Below, piece by piece: positions 61,195-64,000 of a stretch of 64,000 nt of DNA. A program made the translations under genes and the position numbers. The notes under the pieces are model-generated. The model ran no database searches. It had not been told where the DNA came from and saw only the letters and a program-made list of their open reading frames with translations. Numbering within the stretch: position 1 is the first letter of the stretch; every line of letters begins with the position of its first letter. This stretch comes from an uncultured Verrucomicrobiota bacterium (GTDB taxonomy: Bacteria; Verrucomicrobiota; Kiritimatiellia; RFP12; UBA1067), in the NCBI GenBank assembly GCA_946055075.1, contig CAMGEN010000003.1:13036-77035 (forward strand). The letters are read 5' to 3'.

Positions 61195-61794
61195 TCACTT
61201 TTCATCCTTATCTTTCGCGTTTTTCTTTGCTTTTAAGTCAATCCTCTCAACTGTCGTTTTTTTCTCCAACGGAGATCCTTCCAATGCTGTTTGAACCCAA
61301 CATTTCTTATCGTCAAATTTCAGTTTTTTGTACTTAGTATCACTTGTAGTCTTTCTCTTCAAAACATTTCCTTCTTCATCTTGGATTTCCACAATCAGTC
61401 CATCAATTTGATATCCAGAATTAAGATCTATACCATACTGGCCCCTCGCATTATCTTTTATCGCAATCACCGAACATGTCTCAACCTTAAATTTATCCTT
61501 TTTGCTCTTTGCGGGAGTACACGCGCATTCCGCTGAATCTTGAATCATAAACATACCTTTAGACGAAGCAGAGCTAACAACAGTTCCAACAACCACTTTA
61601 TATGAATTCGTCTCATTCGCCAAAACACTTACTGTCACCTCATATTCTCGTGATTTTAATTCTGTCTTTGAAAACTCTGACTTCTCCGTTGTCACGTTGT
61701 TTGATTTAACGAATTTTAGTTGCACCGTCATTGCATGTGCCGCAACCGCTAAAAGAAGCAATGCTGCCACCATAGAGTAACGTAACACCTTCAT
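61195..61794 (-). CDS. secreted Lys-rich hypothetical protein
   Basis: Start at MKVLRYSMVAALLLLAVAAHA (61794), preceded by GGGAGG. About 32% G+C in a counted line. Confidence 0.6.
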   Translation of the reverse strand: MKVLRYSMVAALLLLAVAAHAMTVQLKFVKSNNVTTEKSEFSKTELKSREYEVTVSVLANETNSYKVVVGTVVSSASSKGMFMIQDSAECACTPAKSKKDKFKVETCSVIAIKDNARGQYGIDLNSGYQIDGLIVEIQDEEGNVLKRKTTSDTKYKKLKFDDKKCWVQTALEGSPLEKKTTVERIDLKAKKNAKDKDEK

Positions 61795-62171
61795 ATGCAC
61801 CTCCCATCCTAATGAATTTGCCCGACAAAGTATTTCACCGGAATACACTTTTGCGGGCAAAGAAAAAGCGCACCCCTTAGCAGATCTCGAACGAGGCACG
61901 ACCAAGCGCCCAACTAGAAATCTGAAAGAGGTGCGCAAAGTGGGGGCATACAATTAGCCCGATACACTCTGCACAACCATCTAGCCAGCTTCCAGTTTGA
62001 AATTTTGGTCGTTTCGTTCGAAGCCAGATACACAGTTACGCGTATCACCTTGTTTTCACAAGGATTTCCGATGCGGAGATATTATCCCCGCGTATCAAAG
62101 ATCAAGTCATCGGCAAGCGATTCTCACCACCCGCCTCTGGCAAATTAAATTATATCAAAATTCATCGCCGC

Positions 62172-62211
62172 TTGACGAATGTCATACAATTTTGATATTA
62201 TGTTCATACAA
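62172..62211 (+). promoter_or_regulatory. candidate vapBC-2 promoter (TTGACG-18-TATTAT) with direct repeats TCATACAA flanking the -10
   Basis: TTGACG at 62172-62177 and TATTAT at 62196-62201. Repeats at 62182-62189 and 62204-62211. Confidence 0.5.
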
Positions 62212-62228
62212 AGAAAGGACATCAGGCC

Positions 62229-62483
62229 ATGAACGACGCCCGAATGACAATCCGACTCCCCGGCGACACCTTGGCGTTTGCCCAGGGGTACGCCGCCAAA
62301 TGCAACATTTCCCTCACCGATCTCGTTGTCAGATATTTCGAACGGTTGCGCGAATCGCTAACGCTACAGGATGAAGACGCATCGCCCGCGCTTTGCGCCC
62401 TGACAGGCGCTATCAAATCCGACATTTCGGATGCTGACGAGCGTGCGCTGTATCGAAAACATCTTTCGGAGAAGCACACGTGA
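62229..62483 (+). CDS. VapB-like antitoxin
   Basis: 84 aa. A 4-nt overlap with the downstream PIN gene. Same layout as 46760..47026. Confidence 0.65.
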   Translation: MNDARMTIRLPGDTLAFAQGYAAKCNISLTDLVVRYFERLRESLTLQDEDASPALCALTGAIKSDISDADERALYRKHLSEKHT

Positions 62484-62884
62484 AAATCCTCGTCGACCTC
62501 AATGTCTTCATGGATGTCATCCATGCGAGAAAAGACTTCGTCGCCGAATCACGGAAAATCCTATCACTCGTCGAACGAGGGAAGCACCAGGGGTGCTTCG
62601 CATCCCACACCGTGACGACCGCCTATTACCTGACCGACAACCAAGGCGGCAAGGCAATCGCGGAAAGCGCAATCGGCTATCTGCTCGACCACTTCGAAAT
62701 CGTGCCGATCGGGAAAGACGAACTCCAGAAGGCGCGCCTACTGTCATTCAAGGATTTCGAAGATGCGGTAGTCGCGACAGCTGCGGTTAAGGCGAAGTGC
62801 AAGTACATCATCACGCGCAACACACGCGACTTCGCCGCCTCGCCGATTCCGGCGCTCACGCCAGCCGAATTCCTGGCGCTTTAA
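62480..62884 (+). CDS. PIN-domain toxin (VapC-like)
   Basis: LVDLNVFMDV and FKDFEDAVV acidic motifs. Paralogous to 46329..46763. Confidence 0.8.
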   Translation: MKILVDLNVFMDVIHARKDFVAESRKILSLVERGKHQGCFASHTVTTAYYLTDNQGGKAIAESAIGYLLDHFEIVPIGKDELQKARLLSFKDFEDAVVATAAVKAKCKYIITRNTRDFAASPIPALTPAEFLAL

Positions 62885-62906
62885 CTGCCGATAACAAGAA
62901 CTTCCA

Positions 62907-64000
62907 ATGAAACGTGTGCTCGTAGCGTTGCGGTTGCAGGGGATCGCGGGACAGGAGAAATTGAGCGGCATCTTCCGCTATCTCGGCGACTCGCCTGAAT
63001 GGGATGTGAGGTTCATCCGTTCGGCACAGGAGTTCACCGCCGCACGGGTGAAGACCGCGATCGCGGACGGATATGACGGCTTCATCGTATCCATACCGGA
63101 CGCCGAACGCGCGGCGGAACCGCTCGCCGATACCGACATCCCGACGATCGTGATGGATATCCACAGTCCCGCCCTTTCCGCCCGCCGGAAGAACATCGTC
63201 TTCATCCGCAACTCGCCGGAAGAGATCGGGAGGTCCGCGGCGAACCACCTGCTTTCCATCGGACGCTGCCGGTCCTACGCCTTCGTGCATCATCAGTCCG
63301 TCATGCAGTGGAGCGTCGACCGCTTCAACGCCTACCGCGACACCTTGCGCGAACACGGCTTCGAATGTCACGAACTGAAATCGCCCGAAGGCATCGAGAA
63401 GCTGGAGCGTCCCGTCGGCGTCTTCGCCGCGAACGATGACCGCGGTTACGATGTGATCGAGTTCTGCCGCGCGAATCAGCTGCGAGTTCCCGAAGATATC
63501 GCGGTGATCGGCATTAACAATGACACGCTCGTCTGCGAGAACTGTCATCCTCGCCTCTCCTCCATCCAGCCCGACTTCGAACAAGAGGGCTATCTCGCGG
63601 CGGAAACCCTCTCGCGCATGATGCACCCCGCACCCTGCACCCCGCACCCTGCACCCCGCACCCTCTTCGTCGGCGTGAAGCAGGTGGTCCGTCGCGAATC
63701 TACCGCGGAACTTTCACTCTCGGGCAAGCTCGTCCAGCGCGCGCTCGTCTATATCCGCAAGAACGCGCTCAAGGGCATTTCGGTAACGGACGTCGCGGCG
63801 CATCTCCATGTCTCACGCCGCCTCGCCGACCTCAGATTCCGCGAACTCCAGGGCACGACCATCGGCGAGACCATCATCAGCGAACGGCTCACGGAAGTGA
63901 AGCGGCTGCTGCGCGAGACGAAGGACCCGATCGACGCGATCGCGGTCCGTTGCGGCTACGAGAACCCCAACTACCTGAAGAACCTCTTCAAGCGCCGCTT
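62907..64000 (+). CDS. XylR-like regulator (periplasmic-binding-protein-like sensor domain plus AraC HTH), truncated by the window end
   Basis: Not in the ORF track because there is no stop in the window. My own translation reads MKRVLVALRLQGIAGQEKL...GVFAANDDRGYDVIEF...AraC-type C-terminus (RCGYENPNYLKNLFKRR). Confidence 0.8.
   Translation, partial: MKRVLVALRLQGIAGQEKLSGIFRYLGDSPEWDVRFIRSAQEFTAARVKTAIADGYDGFIVSIPDAERAAEPLADTDIPTIVMDIHSPALSARRKNIVFIRNSPEEIGRSAANHLLSIGRCRSYAFVHHQSVMQWSVDRFNAYRDTLREHGFECHELKSPEGIEKLERPVGVFAANDDRGYDVIEFCRANQLRVPEDIAVIGINNDTLVCENCHPRLSSIQPDFEQEGYLAAETLSRMMHPAPCTPHPAPRTLFVGVKQVVRRESTAELSLSGKLVQRALVYIRKNALKGISVTDVAAHLHVSRRLADLRFRELQGTTIGETIISERLTEVKRLLRETKDPIDAIAVRCGYENPNYLKNLFKRR
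63624..63665 (+). repeat. six CACCCYG heptamers, in frame in the XylR-like linker
   Basis: CACCCCG CACCCTG CACCCCG CACCCTG CACCCCG CACCCTC. Encodes HPAPCTPHPAPRTL. Same unit as 39276-39320. Confidence 0.9.

Noticed and set aside
4840-61953. Upstream-extended starts in the ORF track (for example 4840, 5022, 8637, 26913, 27671, 39320, 45951, 46916, 57489, 61953)
   Set aside because: The extensions are Arg-rich or AT-rich non-coding translations. They often start at GTG or TTG. Internal ATGs with an SD, stop-start overlap or homology-consistent N-termini were preferred.
34700-62200. Transposase, integrase or phage genes associated with the two low-GC islands
   Set aside because: None of the ORFs in or next to the islands shows DDE, tyrosine/serine recombinase or phage structural motifs. 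The mobility mechanism remains unknown.
38779-63665. Possibility that the short tandem arrays are CRISPR arrays
   Set aside because: The units are 6-8 nt and directly tandem with no spacers. The arrays are 28-75 nt long. No cas genes are present. They are microsatellite-like elements, not CRISPR.

Overview
This 64-kb window comes from a high-GC genome whose gene content suggests a saccharolytic, fermentative anaerobe. Spot counts give about 39/60 G+C in core genes. I cannot assign a taxon from the sequence alone. I call about 60 protein-coding genes, most on the minus strand. I found no rRNA, tRNA, CRISPR array, transposase or integrase.

Gene blocks in order:
1. 105-5753: a sensory [FeFe]-hydrogenase-like signalling cluster (two hydrogenase-like proteins, one fused to a PAS domain; a PP2C phosphatase; two Trx-like 2Fe-2S proteins; a kinase-fold protein). 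It sits next to adhE and a divergent rex.
2. 9418-14761: sulfur amino-acid genes (metY-like, cysK, an Rrf2 regulator) and an SLC12-like transporter.
3. 14765-21838: guaA, a sigma54-type activator divergent from gdhA, then nfnAB-like genes.
4. 21912-31720: a 10-gene co-directional thiamine-biotin array headed by a TPP riboswitch, including a BioW-BioF fusion.
5. 31830-34637: a HAD phosphatase and a GH36 alpha-galactosidase.
6. 34700-38413: a low-GC island with three unrecognisable genes.
7. 38415-45891: housekeeping genes (ispH, mazG, pfp, ribH, response regulator, gph-like, rluA-family, fmt).
8. 45923-47026: a VapBC-like toxin-antitoxin pair plus an HTH gene.
9. 47405-51511: umuDC, a PflX-like radical SAM gene and an MFS transporter.
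10. 51714-60253: a glycan/sugar-acid utilisation block.
11. 60254-62884: a second low-GC cassette and a second VapBC pair.
12. 62907 to window end: a partial XylR-like regulator.

The most unusual signal is not a gene. It is a dispersed family of degenerate heptanucleotide tandem arrays. They fill intercistronic spacers in either orientation and also sit in frame inside conserved proteins (IspH, MazG tail, RluA, UmuC, UmuD, radical SAM, MFS, XylR). Some copies are near-identical 44-nt elements.

Other points worth a second look:
- a compositional breakpoint inside a 704-aa Cys-rich ORF, giving a polymorphic-toxin-like architecture;
- a repeated structured extragenic element that brackets the umuDC block;
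- a 96-nt palindrome;
- twin TGGCATG-N3-TTTTGCTATAAT promoters;
- a recurrent TATAAT-N9-ATG arrangement suggesting leaderless mRNAs.

Coordinates of non-CDS features were hand-indexed and may be off by 1-2 nt.
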